Assembly: GCF_006345805.1 (NCBI RefSeq)
Contig: NC_043005.1
Coordinates: 21,762,001-21,826,000, forward strand
Source: Octopus sinensis
Lineage: Eukaryota
Direction: 5' to 3'
Length of the DNA stretch: 64,000 bases
A program made the translations under genes and the position numbers. The notes under the pieces were generated by a model, which ran no database searches, had not been told where the DNA came from, and saw nothing but the letters and a program-made list of their open reading frames with translations. Below are positions 1-15,100 of the stretch, piece after piece. The first letter of the stretch is position 1, and each line of letters opens with the position of its first letter.

Positions 1-960
1 GAGAAAGCCTTTGAAACTGGTTACTGATGACCTTCTTCTTATAGCTGAATCTCTAATAGATGTAGAGAAGTAATTTCAAGTGTGAAAACAAGGACTTCAA
101 TCAAACGGACTGAGTTAATTTAGCAGAGACCAAAGTACTAGTAAGCAAGAAAGCAGACAGAATACTAATCCCTTTAGAGAGATGACCCTGCTGAATATGT
201 AGAAAAGGTGTTCATAGAAATTCCATATGCTATATTAAGTGCCAGCTATGGATTGCAAGCTCTGGGTGCATTGGAGATGCAGTGAAATTACAGGAAGGTT
301 AACAGGGAATACAGATTTTGTGTGTGGCTAATGTGCAGGCACAATGAACACTAAGAATGTACACGAAATAGACCTCCTCCAACGTCCAAGGGAATCTTTA
401 GAGACAGTAGATAGTTTTCATTAGCTTAGTGAGCAAATTAGTAGTGGAGGAGGTTGCTCTGAAAACATGGAAGCTGGAATAAGAACCAGCTGGGCAAATT
501 TCAGGGAGCTGTTACCTTTGTTGTTAACAGGACACTTCTTGTTACAAGAGTGCAAGATTGGTACATGATGCCTGTGTATGGATAGCTATGCTACATGGCA
601 ATGAAACATGCCATGTAGCATAACTATGACTACAGATGACATACGAGGGCAAAATAAATGAAGCCAGCATGCTCTGCCACATGTGCAATGTCAATGTACA
701 TATAGCATATGTCTTAAGAGAAGAACAAGGTTTAAAAGAGATCAGATATAATGTGTAAGAAAGAAGGCTGCGCTACTATGGTCATGTGATGCATATGGCT
801 AAGAACAGCTGCATAAAGAAGTACTGATTTCTAATTGTAGAGGAAACTTGTGGAAGAGGAAGACCCAGGAAGTTGTGAAAGTGTGGGACAAAGTGGTGAG
901 AAACAATGTTCTGATGTTGAAGAGATGACAAAGGACTGAGACATCTCAACATCCAAGACA
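1..960 (+). mobile_element. Degenerate RTE-clade LINE, RT and C-terminal part
   Basis: Collinear with 13500-14420 ([41 protein letters not shown]), with many stops and frameshifts. Confidence 0.8.
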
Positions 961-2069
961 TCTGAAACATCGAAGATAACAGCAGTTGTGCATTTAACTG
1001 TACACATGAGTTATACTCTGTGTGTGTGTGTGTGCATAAATCAGGATTTATGAAGCATGTATACTGAACACCCTCCTCTATGGATCAGAGACTTGGACGC
1101 TATACACAAGACAAGAGAAGCTCAATGTCTTTCATCTGAGATGCCTATGCAAGTTCCTTGACATCACCTCTTAAGACAAAGTAAGCAACACAGAAGTCTT
1201 GAAACAGGCAGCATTTTCAAGCATGACAGCTATTCTGTGCAAAAGGAGACTAAGATGGCTTGAACTTGTGAAGCAGATGGATAACAAGAGAAAGGGAGGG
1301 AGGGAGGGATGTGTGTTTGTGTGTGTAGAAAAGGCAAAAGAAGAGAGGGATTTTTATACATTTTTTTCCAGCTAGCTAACAGATATTTCCAAAAAGTTGA
1401 AGAATCATAGTTCCCTAGTACAATAATCATATTTATAATGAAAAAGGAGATTAAAGAACCTGATAAAATACTTTACAAGAGTTTTCTGTGAAGTAAAATA
1501 AACCTAGCTAACGAAATTGTTCTCTGATGGATGTAACAATCCTGGTAATATATATTTTAACAAATCCTGGCCAGTCTAACTTGTAAATCCAAAGTTTAGT
1601 CCCTCAGAAAAATTAGTGTGTAAGTATAGAGCATTATAGAAAAGGCATAAAAGCAATGGTAATGGATATGTACATAATTTATTCCAGCTACCTTACACGT
1701 GTTTCTGATAAGACTGGATATCAATTCTCTAATATAATAATCACACTTATTAATCACTCCATAATCACACAATTGAAGAGTGTAGAGAACAGACTGATTT
1801 CACTTCTTTTCTTCAGAGCTAAACTAACTGGTTGCAAGGGAGGAAATTTTTATCAAGTTATTAGCAGTAGGAACTAAGCCATTTGTCTTTATGTAATTAG
1901 CCAGCTAGAGGGAAGTAGGGAGGCTTACACTGGAAAAAGCATTAACGTTCTTCATATCTAACCAAGAAAGAATTGAAATACCAATTACTATCAAATGCTT
2001 ACTATCAAATTTTCACCCTCCTCCTGACATATATTGACCATTGATATTAATTTCTATTATCACTTCCAG

Positions 2070-2240
2070 TTATTACAAAAGTTAACTGCGGACCTCCAAA
2101 AGACATTGTTGGTACAAAGAAATCCTACACTAACACCACCTATAAATCTGAAGTGACCTACACATGTCCAGGAGGACAACAGTTGAAGTCAAAATGTAAA
2201 AATGACAATAAATGGACTCCAGTTGCATCCAGTTGCAAAG
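2070..2240 (+). CDS. Exon S1, Sushi/CCP domain
   Basis: cacttccag|...AAAG|gtaatg; 171 nt; [57 protein letters not shown]. Has the CCP pattern C-x2-P...Y...V-x-Y-x-C...C...W...C. Not in the ORF track. Confidence 0.88.
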
Positions 2241-5200
2241 GTAATGTAAATAGGTTCTCTTCTGTTGTCTCTGTCTAGATATTTTTGTTTAATTTTTTTA
2301 TTAAATATCTTTGTCAGATGAAGAATAACTGACTCCATTACAATTTCCATGGTATCTGTGGCTGGTTGAAGGGAGAGAGAAAACTATTCTCAGAGAAGAT
2401 AATGTCCTAACCTAAATCCATGCAACAGAGTGAACTTAATTAAAGCTACCCAAGATTCAGTTAATGGTATTAATTGTATTAATTTGGGTAATGGATTAAA
2501 TCTGCCAAACAAGAGCAGCAAGTGAGGAAGTGTGTTTTCTCCAGCAGGCTTCTGCATAGTTTCCACCCACCAAATTTCATTCAGAATACTTAGTCTAGAA
2601 GCTGATTTTTAATCATGCAGTCATAAGCTATAAGTTCAGACAATACTACATTCTTGTTAAGTAAACCTCAGCTAACCTAGCAAATTTTTCTCTAAAATTC
2701 TAACTTCAGCTCTCTCACTCATACTTTGTTTCATCCTCTGAAACCCTGTGCAATACAATGCACTGAGTGTTTCTTTACAAGAATTCAGCAATCATCCAAA
2801 ACTTCTGGTGCTCTAATGGTCTTTCATTCCACCATCCTAAATTACACTGAGACAAATAGTAATGGTTTCTGGTTTGGAAAAAAAAATCAAACACATTTCA
2901 ATAGAAAGGGTTTAGTCAATATCATGACCGTCAATACTTGATTGATATTTTATGTTATTGATCACCTACAAGAATAAAAGATAAAGTTAATATTGGCTGG
3001 ATTTGAACTGAAAACATGAATAGATACCATAAATCATTTCTTTCAGTTTTCTATTTCATATTCATGTATACATTTAAAATAAAGATGAGAATGATGATGC
3101 AATTCTCTTGAATGTTGAAGGATCTTTATCTAAAACTAATTGGTGAACCCCTCCATCAAAGATCACCATGAATTCCAAGGACAAGTGTGCTCTCTAATTA
3201 ATATTCTTTGAGATACAGCTTTATGCACTATGGAACCCATCCACTCTCATGTCACTTTCAGAATTTTCCCTACAGGAGAATATCTTCATCCTCATCTTCT
3301 TTACAAGTGAAACTTAAAAAATATAGATTGGAGATTGACCAAAGGGAAGTCCCAATTGCCAGATCTTTCAACCCATCCATCACGCAACCGCTTTTGTTAA
3401 AACTAGCAGACAGAGGAAAAGGAACTTTTCTGCTCAGTTAAAGGAGGCTGTGGGGCAATCATAATGATGGGCTAGAATTGCAACCATATCATCCGTTGTG
3501 CACACAATAGCAGCAGTTTGACATAAAACTACCTGTGACAAATGCCTGGACATGGAATGAGTGCATGGAACAGCTCTCGTGGATAGCAGTTTCTGATGGC
3601 ACATCCATGACTGTAGGTTTATCTTGTACCATTTCCAGGGACTTCAGGTAGTTGTCCATAGTATTATCTAACCAAAACAGTCGTTGAAACAATCTTACCA
3701 ATTCATTCTCATCAGTGCCTAGAGTACCTTTGAGAATATTGGTACTCTTTCCTTTCCACTAATCTTCTATAGATTACTAGAATGTAATACCTATTGACTG
3801 TATTGCTCAAGTCAGATTTGATCTGGTATACTTTGGATTACAATAATCTGACCTTCCCTCTTTTTAAGATTGTAGAATGTGATTGAGAGAGATTTAGTTA
3901 ATATACCTAACATGTACATTCAATAGGAAGCTTCTACTGTGGTAGTCAACAGTAAATGTTGAACTTTTGACAGATCTTACACAGTTTATCCTTTTGTACA
4001 ATTTGATATCTGGTTCAACACAGCCACATGACCCTTTAGATGGTCATAGCAAGTGTAGTCGAGAATACATAGTCAATGATAAAGTATTTATTACAGATGG
4101 AAAACTTTCACTTTGAGCCACAGATGCTCGGGCTGGGCATAGAGCACTTTAATCTTACAAGTTTAGGAGGGAGGGTGACCAGAGCATTTCATGACCTCAC
4201 TGTTTGTGCTATAACTAGCCTATTATTAAAAGATATAAGTACTACCTCATTGTAATCAATTATGTATTCATTGTTTAGGGACATGGCAAAATATAATTAA
4301 AGAAAGCAATAAGTTTATGTGATATTCATCTCTTTCTCAAGGATGGTAACTTACTATGTAAAGTGAACTGACTTAGAATGAGAATCAAGCTCAGATCATT
4401 GGCTCAAAACACTCCGTAAATATTTATAATAAAAGAACAACTTGGGAAAAATACTCGTGGTCACTTCCTGCATGAAAAACAAATAGTAAAGTGACTACTT
4501 ATTGCAGCAAAATATGATGAATTAAAACTTCACTGCCACCGGGTGGCAACATTTTTATGTTAATGACTTATTCTGGTCATAAAATTCAGAAGAGAGAACC
4601 CTGTGAAGATAATCACTTTTCTCTTTCATCTCATTTATAAGTATAATTTTGATAAATTCATGTTTCTTTGCTATATTAAGTTGTGAGGATCTACATTTGC
4701 TGCAGATATATATTTATTCATTAGATTAGGATGAAAGTAAAATTTTTTTTATCCCAGTCAAAATATTTCAAAATCAGTAAAGTCTTGCCATGATTAACTG
4801 ATTTAGCTATATGCTTTTATATTCTGGGTTCAAATATCATCTGGATGTACTTTACCTTTCATACTTCTGAAGTTGATAAAACAAGCATTAATCAAGTACC
4901 AAGATAGATTTCTTCATATGTATCCTTGCTGCAGGATTTGTGGTTTTGTGTTTAAGTTTGGAAACTATTATCATAAACATTGGTAATATCAACAATAATT
5001 ATAATTATTCTTGTTAATGATGTATGGAAAGAATCAGACAAACTATGCTGGGTATTTATTCTGGATGTATAACTTCTGAGTTCAAATCCTGCTTATGTAG
5101 GTCTGCCTTTCCAGGGCCCATAAAATAAAATACCAGTCAAGTGTAAGGGCCAATTTAATCAATGAGCTCCTACCTCAAACTTTTCTCCATCTTTCTTCAT

Positions 5201-8200
5201 TAGAAATTATTGATGTTGTTTTTGTTGTTTCTCTCAATCTTACTTTAATTCCAGTTTCTAAGATTAATTTTGTGAAAGTAGAAGGTACAATTCTTGATGT
5301 ATCTGGAAAAACATTATGGAGTAAGAAAAATGTAACTGCAGATGATTGTGCAGAAAAATGTTTGTCTAATGAAAACTGTTTATCATTTGAAATAACAAAA
5401 AAAAGTAGAAAATGTTACTTATCAAAGAAAACTGCAGCTTCCACCAAGAACATAAAAGCAGCCAAAAGCAAAGATTACTACCAACGAATAAATCGTAATT
5501 ATTCTTTGTTTCTATTTTCCAGTTTTTCTGAAATTTGTGATTACATTTCTATGTCATAATACAGCCTTTTCCAATAAAATATCCACTTATATATACTTCA
5601 TAACATATATATATAGAATTGTTTCTCTAAAGACATTGACAATTCTAACTATAACCACAGACATAAACATGTTCCTGAAAAAAGCAATTTTATGAACTGG
5701 AAATATTGTTAGGGCATTCTTGAGAGGAAATCAGCTACTTTGCCTTCATGAGGCCCAATGTTCAAAGGTTGATTCTTTACGTGCCACTAGCTCAGGTGCA
5801 CTTGGCTTGTCAGGTTCTCTCAAACACAGCACATTGCCAAAGGTCTTAGTCATCAGTCATTGCCTCTGTGAGGCTCAAAGTTCGATGATCAGCACTTCTT
5901 TACACAGCTGTCCTCGTCCATACACATCACATGATCATACTAGTGCAGTCATCTCTCTTGCACACATAACTGTGTCTCGCTATTACTATTTCTTGCAACT
6001 ATCTTTGGAAATCTACCATGCAAATCCTTCTCTTGCTAGTCAGATAATCTTACTACTTTTTCCTGGTTTTTAGCTTCATTTGGTTTTTTGGTTTCCGAAG
6101 CTCCCACTGTGACTCTAACAGCTCTTAATAAACTTTCTTCTCTATTACTTATGTCGGAGCTCTATCTACTCTAGCTAACTCCATGCAGTCCTCCACTGAT
6201 ATTAAACCCCTTCTCCCTTTCACCTTCCTTTCTAGATAAGTATAATGTTGCTATTCCTGCTCCTGGGTAATGTCCTCCATTCATATTGAATTCCTCTCTA
6301 GTTCTTCTGTCTAGATTTGCTAATTCAAACTTTGTCCAATCTACAAAATCTGCTGAATATCTAAGTAACTATACTGCCCAAGTATTTACAGCCTTCACTA
6401 GATTTAGGCCATTTAGTTTTGACTTCATTAACTTTGTCACCTTTCTGATGTATTCCTTCTCAATTTTCATTTTCATTTCTATAGTTAGTTCTCTGTCAGA
6501 TTCTAATACTCCTAGGTACTTGTAACTCTCTCCTTTTTTCAACGAATTTAATATCTGGCCATTTGATGATAGGATGCCTTCACTGCTGACTACCTGTTTA
6601 TTTTTTATGACTGATATTGTGCACTTATCTATGCCAAATACCATACCTATATGTTTGCTGAAGAGTCTTACAGTTCGTATTAAGGAATCTATTTCTATTT
6701 TTACTAAAAAGCTTCAGTTCATCCATGTAGAGAAAATAGTTAATTTTTCCTTTACTGTCTCTAAACTGATTCCTTGCCTTTGCCTTCCTTAATACTAAAC
6801 TGAGGGTGATTAAACATGACACAAATATTAAAGGGATTAATGAGTCTCCTTGGAAAATTCCTCTCTTACAATTAACTTTCCTTAAGGCTGTGTCCTCTGA
6901 GTAGACAACTACTTTCCATTTTTTATGCTATGCTAATTAGCTCTCACTTATGTTGTTTGCAATACTGAATATGCTCAAATATTCACTCATCCATGAGTGT
7001 GGAATTACATCATAGGCTTTGTTATGATATAGCCATGCTATTGATAACTTTTTCTTTTTAGATTTCACTTCTTTTAGAACTGTTTCAGCTGTGTATAGTA
7101 GATCATAGGATCCTCTAGCTTTCTTCCTGCAACATTTCTGTTCCCTTGGCAGTAAATTCTGGCTGTCAAGCTGCTCATAAATCCTTTCTGAAGGCATTCC
7201 TGTGAACAGCTTCTGCTTTAATGGTAAGCAAGGGATTGATCTATAATTACTAGCTATATTGCCTTTGCTTTTGCCTTGAAGTACTTTACTCTCATCCAGT
7301 CTGGTATTACTCCTCCATTCAGGCAATCCTGAAGTTGTTTCCTCAGTCTGTTATGTAAGCTACTAAATTTCTTTAATCAGTTCCCTGAACTAAATCTGGT
7401 CTTGGTCCCTTCCAATTTAGCATTCTTCCTAACACTTTACTCATTAATGCACTAGTTAGTCTTAGATCTGGTTGCTTCAAACTAACTACTTCTTCCCTTG
7501 CTTTTTTTAACCATGCTGGAATTATCAGTATGCTGGACAAAATGCTCAGTGACATTTCATCTATCTGAGTTCAAATTCTGCTGAGGCTGATTTTACTGTT
7601 CATCCTTTTGGGGTAGATGAAATAAGTATCAGTTCAGTGCTGTAATCAATGTAAATGAACTATGACACACTCACACCAAAATTTCAGGTCTTGTGCCTTT
7701 ACTATAAAGAATTATTATTATTACTATTACTATTATGTACTATGTTTAAACATTAGTTAATTATATAGAAATACTATGTAATCAGAATTTTAAATAAAAC
7801 ATTACAAAGCCATCATCATCGTGATCACTTAATGTCTGTTGTTCGTGTTGGCATAGGTTGAACAGTTTGACTCCAGTCTGATTTGGCATAGTTTCTGTGG
7901 CTGGATGCCTTTCCTAATGCTGTCCACTCATTCACTATATTTGTTATACAGACAATTTATTATCAAAAGCACAGTCCATTCACAAAAATATTTTTCAAGT
8001 TGTACATGAATAATATGTACAACTTAAACAATGTAGTGAGCTTTCAAGTATGTCCCATGATATAATAGAATTCATATGAATTTTGAGATGAGTAATTATG
8101 CAGAAATATATTTTTGTGGATGGACTGTGCCTTTGATAAATTGTCTGTATAATATGATGTCCATCTATCTTCTGCTGGTGTACTTTTCTTTAAGATTAAA

Positions 8201-8887
8201 TGGCAACACTTGACACATTGGTTGGCAGTCTATTGAACAGCATTTAGACCCTACAAAAGCACCCCATTAGAATAGGAATATACAAATGGATTATATGCAA
8301 CTTAAAGATTGAAAGAAGATTTCAAATGAGTCTTAAGATTTTCTACACTTACATGAATTCTGAGTTGTCATTTTGTGGATCAATTATTTGTTTATAATAC
8401 ATTATCCACTTAAAACAAATTATGCACCAGATGTTGTTGAATATTTTATTTTTATTTGAGTATAAAATGCATTTCTTGTTTTCTTTTTTCTCTTTTTCCA
8501 GCTGAAGATGTTCATTTTACACTTAAAAGAACTGTCTTACCACATCAAAGTACATTTGAACGGATAAAAGATTCGAGTTTAAAGCAGTGCAATCATGCTT
8601 GTCTTCAAACCCCAGGATGTACCTCTTATGAGTATAATGAAAAAAAAAACTTCTGTGATCGAAGTAACATAACTCACTTGACTCATGACCTTAGACCCGA
8701 CAAAGGTGGATGGGATATTTATATCATTAACCCAGGTCAGTAGATGTTTTTTCATTTCATTTATTGTGTATCGATATGCATGTATGTGCATGTTCTTATG
8801 TATTCACATGTACATACGTGTGTGTGTACTATATATATATATACACACATACATATAGGTATATATGTCTATATATATATCTCTGTT

Positions 8888-8924
<37 letters not shown>

Positions 8925-9266
8925 CATTCAGTAGTTCATATATATAGTGTGTATGTAATTGTGTGTGTAAATGTGTATGAATCATTCAGTAGTACATATA
9001 TCCAAAATAAAGGCACACTCTAAAAATTAGAGTTGTAATATTTAGAAGATAGTTTGTTATGGTTGGTCAGAGAATGACAATTGGTTTTGCCCCTATAAAG
9101 TGCTTAGCTGTATATGCAACTTGTCAGACACAAATAGCCTGAAGCACATAACCTCTCTACATCTCGAGGGAGGAAAAAAATCATGCTCATTTGATTTATA
9201 AACAAAAAGATTCTGGAATGAAGCTCTACTGGCAAAACCTTGCACAGCATACCACAAGGTTTTTAC

Positions 9267-9297
<31 letters not shown>

Positions 9298-12023
9298 AGG
9301 CACATTGAAATGTAGGTCTAACAAGATTGTAGAGATGCTTGAACGGAGGTGTGTTGATGTATGTTGCATCCAATAGGTAAGGTGGAGAGGAGCTTCAGCC
9401 AGGTTCCTCACAGGTAAGACACATAGGTATAAAATCTTCTGGTAAGGTAACGGTGATGGAGTAGGTGGTGTGGGCATACTTCTTGCAGAGAAATGGGTGG
9501 ATGAGGTCATAGAGATAGTCAAAGTGTGCGATAGAGTGCTTAAGCTCAGGCTAGTCTTGCAGAATAGTATAGCTACAATTATATCTACCTATGACTCACA
9601 AGCCAGCCAACCAAATGAACAGAAGTACTACTTTTATGATATTCTTTTGCAGGCTACCTCAAAGTCGAGTGACAATGATCACATTTTTGTGGCTGGGAAT
9701 TTTGATAGGCACGTCGAACAGCAGCCTGGTATCTTCCATGGTGTTCATGGGGGACATGGAATTGGTTTCCAAAAGAAAGAGAGTACAAAGCTACTGAAGT
9801 TCTGTAATGCAAATGACCTACTGATCTGCAACACCAACTTAAGGAAGCCAACCAGCCACCTGATAACCTATCAATCAGGTGACTCTGCTAGCCAGATCGA
9901 TTTTATTCTTACCAGACAGCAGGATGCACGGTTGCTCTTAAATACAAAGACCCTCCCTACTGAAGAATGTACCTTCCAGCATAAACTAGTCATTAGCGAC
10001 TTTAGATTCCAGACCAGAAGGATGCCAAGAAGCACACCAATCTGGAAAAGAAAGATTTGGAAGCTTAAGGGCCCTTCATATACTCAGAGATTTAGGGACA
10101 TCCTAATTGAGAAATTTGATGAGAGGGAGGAGGAGCTACAAACTTGAGACACAGAGGGCAACTAGGAATTCATGCAAGACCACTTGCTGAGTGCTACAGA
10201 CCAAATCTGTGACTGGTGCAAAGTCCCTTCCAGACCTAGGGTAACATAGTAGTAGAACAATACTGTAGATAGGGCCATTAGAGCAAAGAAACAGGCCTGG
10301 AAGAGTGAGGGAAGCAGGTAACTGTATCAGATAGCCAGAAGGGAAACTAGGAGACAGGTATATCTAGCCTGGAGAGAAGCAGAAAAGAAGTTTGCCTATG
10401 TTCAGTGTCATGAGGACCAAAGAACTGAATTATTTCAGATTGCAAGACAGTATGTGAGAGAAGATTGTGATGTCATAGGAGAGAAATGTGTCTGCATGGA
10501 TGAGGGTGCACTTGCTTTTAATGATTCTGCAAAGAAAGAGGCTTTGACATTTCATTATGAAAGACTGCTGAACGTGGAAAATGAATGGGAAGAGGAGAGT
10601 TTGCCAGACTTTGACCCAGATGAGGAACCAGCTACCCAAATCAACAGAGAAAGCCTCTAGCCCATCGGGAATCATTGCTGAGATACTTGAAATATCTGGC
10701 AGTGTGGGTTATGGTCTAGTCACCCATATTGTTAATTAAGTGGTTCATGAAGGTGTCATACCCAATGACTAGTGTAGCAGCACCATAGCCAACTGCTACA
10801 AAGGTAAATGAGATGCCTTAGATAGAAATAATTACAGAGGTATCAAATTGTTGTTTCAGGGGATGAAAATTATGGAGAGAGTCGTAGCTCAACTAATTAG
10901 AGAGAGAGTTAGTCTAGATGAGATGCAGTTTGGTTTTGTGCCAGGAAGAAGCACCACTGATGCTATATTTCTGGTAAGGCAACTACAGGAGAAATACCTA
11001 ACCAAAGATAAACCTCTGTACTGGCTTTTGCTGATTTGGAGAAAGCTTTTGACAGCATTCCTCGATCCCTTATCTGATGGTCAATGCAGAAACTAAGGAT
11101 AGATGAGTGGTTGGTGAGAACTGTACAGGGACACTACCAGTAAGGTGAGGGGGAGTAACGGGTGCAGTGAAGAGTTCAGAGTACAAGGAGGGGTTCACCA
11201 AGGATCAGTACACAGCCCCCTCTTGTTCATCATAGTCCTTTAGGCAATAACAGAGTAATTCAAGACAGGCTGCCCCTGGGAACTCTTCTATACTGATGAC
11301 CTTGCTCTTATAGCTGAACTAGAGAAGTTCCAGGCATCGAAGCAAGGTCTAGAATCAAAGGACCTTAGAGTTAACCTAGCAAAAACCAAAGTTGTAGTAA
11401 GTAGGAAGGCAGATAAACCACAAATCCCTTCAGGTAGATAGGCCTGCTCAATCTGTAGAAAAGGTGTAGGTAGAAACTCCATAAGATGCACCCAGTGTAA
11501 GTTTTGGATGCAAGAAATCTTGAAATAAACTGAATAATGACATTACATGTGTGTGTGTATAATAGGTATTGGGATGCAAACACTATAAGTGCTAACACAA
11601 AACTCTCAGATCTTGAGCCACTCTGTTGCTTCTGCTAAATATATATATATTATGTGTACACAAACATACACACACATATTAGTCAGAGCATGTCTGTGTT
11701 ACTAAGAAGTTTGCAACCCAACAACATAGTTTTAGCTTTATTGTTATACTGTGCAGCATCAGTAAACAATGCCCTCCAGAGAACTTGCTACAAAGGCAAA
11801 ATCGCATATATAGAATTCACACCAAAAACACAATATTGCGACAAACACAACACCAAAGAAACATAACTTAGTTCATATTTCCATACAAATAAATGTACCT
11901 ATCCCTAAAGGGAAAATCTTTATCCTGCTTAGAAAGCACTTTCTCCCAAATTTCAAATATTATACAATCTTCACGAAAGACTTCAAAGTGAAGAAACCAC
12001 TGCTTGAGGTGTATGTATATATG

Positions 12024-12057
<34 letters not shown>

Positions 12058-12061
12058 TATA

Positions 12062-12107
<46 letters not shown>

Positions 12108-15100
12108 TGTGTATGTATGCCTGAATATCAACCTGTTGTTACGTAAATGTCTCTCTCTTTCTCTTTCTATGTAAGTCTCATCATCATTTAATATGCATTG
12201 TCCATTCTGGCAAGGGCTGAACAGTGCAACCAGAGCTGGCAAACTGGAAACTGCACCAAACCACAATCTGATTTGGCATGATTTCTATGGCTGGATGCCC
12301 TTCCTAACACTAATCACTTTACAGAGTGTGTTGGACACTTTTATGTGTCCCCAGACGGATGTTTTTATGTGACATTGCACAGGTGCTTTTAAGTGATGCC
12401 ACACTGGCGCTTTGATATGATGCTGCATGGGTGGTTTTACATGGCATCACACAGGCGATTTTATGTGGAACCACCACAAGTGCTTTAAACTACCAGAAGG
12501 ATCAGTCTTGACAATTCTGCTGTGGAGTATGGCAAGGTACCAGGTATCTCACTCCTTTGTCAACTCATCTGAAAGGTTCACCAGCCTGAGGTCATTCTTT
12601 AGTACTTCATCCCATATCTTCCTGGGTCTCCCACTTCCACATGTTCCATCTACTTTGAGAGATTGGCACCTTTGTATGGAGCTGTCGGCATCCATCTGCA
12701 TCACGTGACCAAACCAGCAGTCTTCTCTGTTGCACACAGCAACCAATTCCTCTTATGCCTAACCTGTCTCTCAGGACCATAGCACTCTGTCAAACATGTA
12801 CACTTACCTTATATATATATCCGAGTTAACAGTTCCTTAGTAGTTAAGGCAATTACAAGCATGAAAACAGGGAAAGCCCCAGGCCCATCAGGAATTACTG
12901 CAGAGATGCTCAAAATATCAGGTAGTGTCGGCTATGGCATAGTCACCCGTATAGTTAACCAGGTGATACACGAAGGAGTCATACCCAATGACTGGTGTAG
13001 CAGCATAATAGTCAACTGCTACAAAGGTAAAGGTGACGCCCTAGATACAAATAACTACAGGGGCATCAAGCTGCTGGATCAGGTAATGAAGGTTACGGAG
13101 AGGGTTATAGCCCAATTAATTAGAGAGAGAGTTAGCTTAGATGAGATGCAGTTTGGGTTCGTGCCAGGGAAAAGTACTACTGATGCTATATTCCTGGTAA
13201 GACAGCTGCAGGAGAAATACCTAGCCAAAGATAAGCCCCTGTACCTGGCTTTTGTTGACATGGAGAAAGCCTTTGACAGGGTCCCCCGATCCCTTATCTG
13301 GTGGTCAATGAGGACACTAGGGATAGATGAATGGTTAGTGAGAGCTGTGCAAGCCATGTACAGGAATGCCGTCAGTAAGGTGAGGGCTGGCAACGAGTAC
13401 AGTGAAGAATTCAGGGTAGAGGTAGGGGTCCACCAAGGTTCAGTCCTCAGCCCTCTCCTATTTATCATAGTCCTCCAGGCAATAACAGAGGAATTCAAGA
13501 CAGGATGCCCCTGGGAGCTCCTCTATGCTGATGACCTTGCTCTAATTGCTGAGTCACTATCAGAACTGGAGGAGAAGTTTCAGGTGTGGAAACAAGGATT
13601 AGAATCGAAGGGCCTTAGAATCAACCTAGCCAAAACCAAAGTCCTAATAAGTAGGAAGGTGGACCAATCACAAACGACTTCAGGTAGATGGCCCTGCTCA
13701 ATCTGTAAAAAAGGTGTAGGTAGAAACTCTATAAGGTGCACCAAGTGTAAGCTATGGACACATAAGAGGTGCAGCAATGTCAAAGGAAGGCTAACTAGGA
13801 AAATAGTTTTTGTCTGTGGCAGATGCTCACAAGCAATAAACACTGGAAATGTGCAGAGACCAACTTCTACCACGTTCCAGGGAGACAAACTAGAAGTAGT
13901 TGATAGCTTCCGCTACCTAGGTGACCAAGTCAGTAGCGGGGGTGGGTGTGCTGAAAGTGTAACTGCTAGAGTAAGAATAGCCTGGGCAAAGTTTAGAGAG
14001 CTCTTACCCCTGCTGGTGACAAAAGGCCTCTCGCTCAGAGTAAAAGGCAGACTGTATGATATATGTATACGTACAGCCATGCTACATGGTAGTGAAACAT
14101 GGGCCGTGACTGCTGAGGATATGCGTAAGCTCGCAAGAAATGAAGCCAGTATGCTCCGATGGATGTGTAATGTCAGTGTTCATAATCGACAGAGTGTAAG
14201 TACCTTGAGAGAAAAGTTGAACCTAAGAAGCATCAGTTGTGGTGTGCAAGAGAGACGTCTGAGCTGGTATGGTCATGTGACGAGAATGGCTGAAGATAGT
14301 TGTGTGCAAAAGTGCTACACCCTAGCAGTTGAGGGAACCTGTGGAAGAGGTAGACCCAGGAAAACCTGGGACGAGGTGGTGAAGCACGACCTTCGAACTT
14401 TAGGTCTCACCAAGCAAATATAACTAGAGACCGAGACCTATGGAAGTATGCTGTACGTGAGAAGACCTGGCAAGACTAGTGAGGCCATAACCCGTGGCCT
14501 CTACCTGGTATATAGCCAGTCGACTTATACGTACCTTTCCTTCTTGGGACACAAAACTCCAATCAAATCAGATATCAGAAAGCAGAACCAAAATCGAAGT
14601 CGATCAACATCAATGGAAATTGCGGCTGTGATACCAGTGCCGGTGACAAGTAAGCGAACCATCCGATTGTGGCCGTTGCCAGCGCCGCCCCGACTGGACT
14701 CCGTGCCTTCATGTCCGTTGCCAGCCTGACCTGGCCCCCGTGCCGGTGGCACATAAAAGCACCATCCGTTCGTGGCCGTTGCCAGCCTCGCCTGACCTCC
14801 GTGCCGGTGGCACGTAAAAAGCACCATCCGTTCATGGCCATTGCCAGCGCCGCCCCGACTGGCCTCCATGCCGGTGGCGCATAAAAGCACCATCCGTTCG
14901 TGTCTGTTGCCAGCCTCGCCTAGCCCCCGTGCCGATGGCACGTAAAAGCACCATCCATTCGTGGCCGTTTGCCAGCACCGTCTGGCACCTGTGCGGGTGG
15001 CACGTAAAAAGCACCCACTACACTCGCGGAGTGGTTGGCATTAGGAAGGGCATCCAGCCGTAGAAACACTGCCAGATCAGACTGGGCCTGATGCAGCCTT

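Noticed and set aside
5272-5559. ORF-track boundaries for PAN/Sushi ORFs (also 8456, 20189, 24650, 28332, 34261, 37642, 42637, 43654, 49288, 57195, 62225) as stand-alone small genes with signal peptides
   Set aside because: The hydrophobic N-terminal parts are polypyrimidine acceptor tracts and the C-terminal tails are intron. True exons are bounded by AG/GT at identical positions in all paralogues.
7510-7730. tRNA genes at GTTCAAAT motifs
   Set aside because: No cloverleaf; they are SINE heads followed by SINE bodies and tails.
12175-12860. Twin-priming 5' inversion of the young RTE
   Set aside because: The inverted piece duplicates the same C-terminal region and is far more diverged, so it is an older independent copy.
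13079-13888. Antisense ORFs of 139 and 102 aa
   Set aside because: Shadow ORFs opposite the RTE RT.
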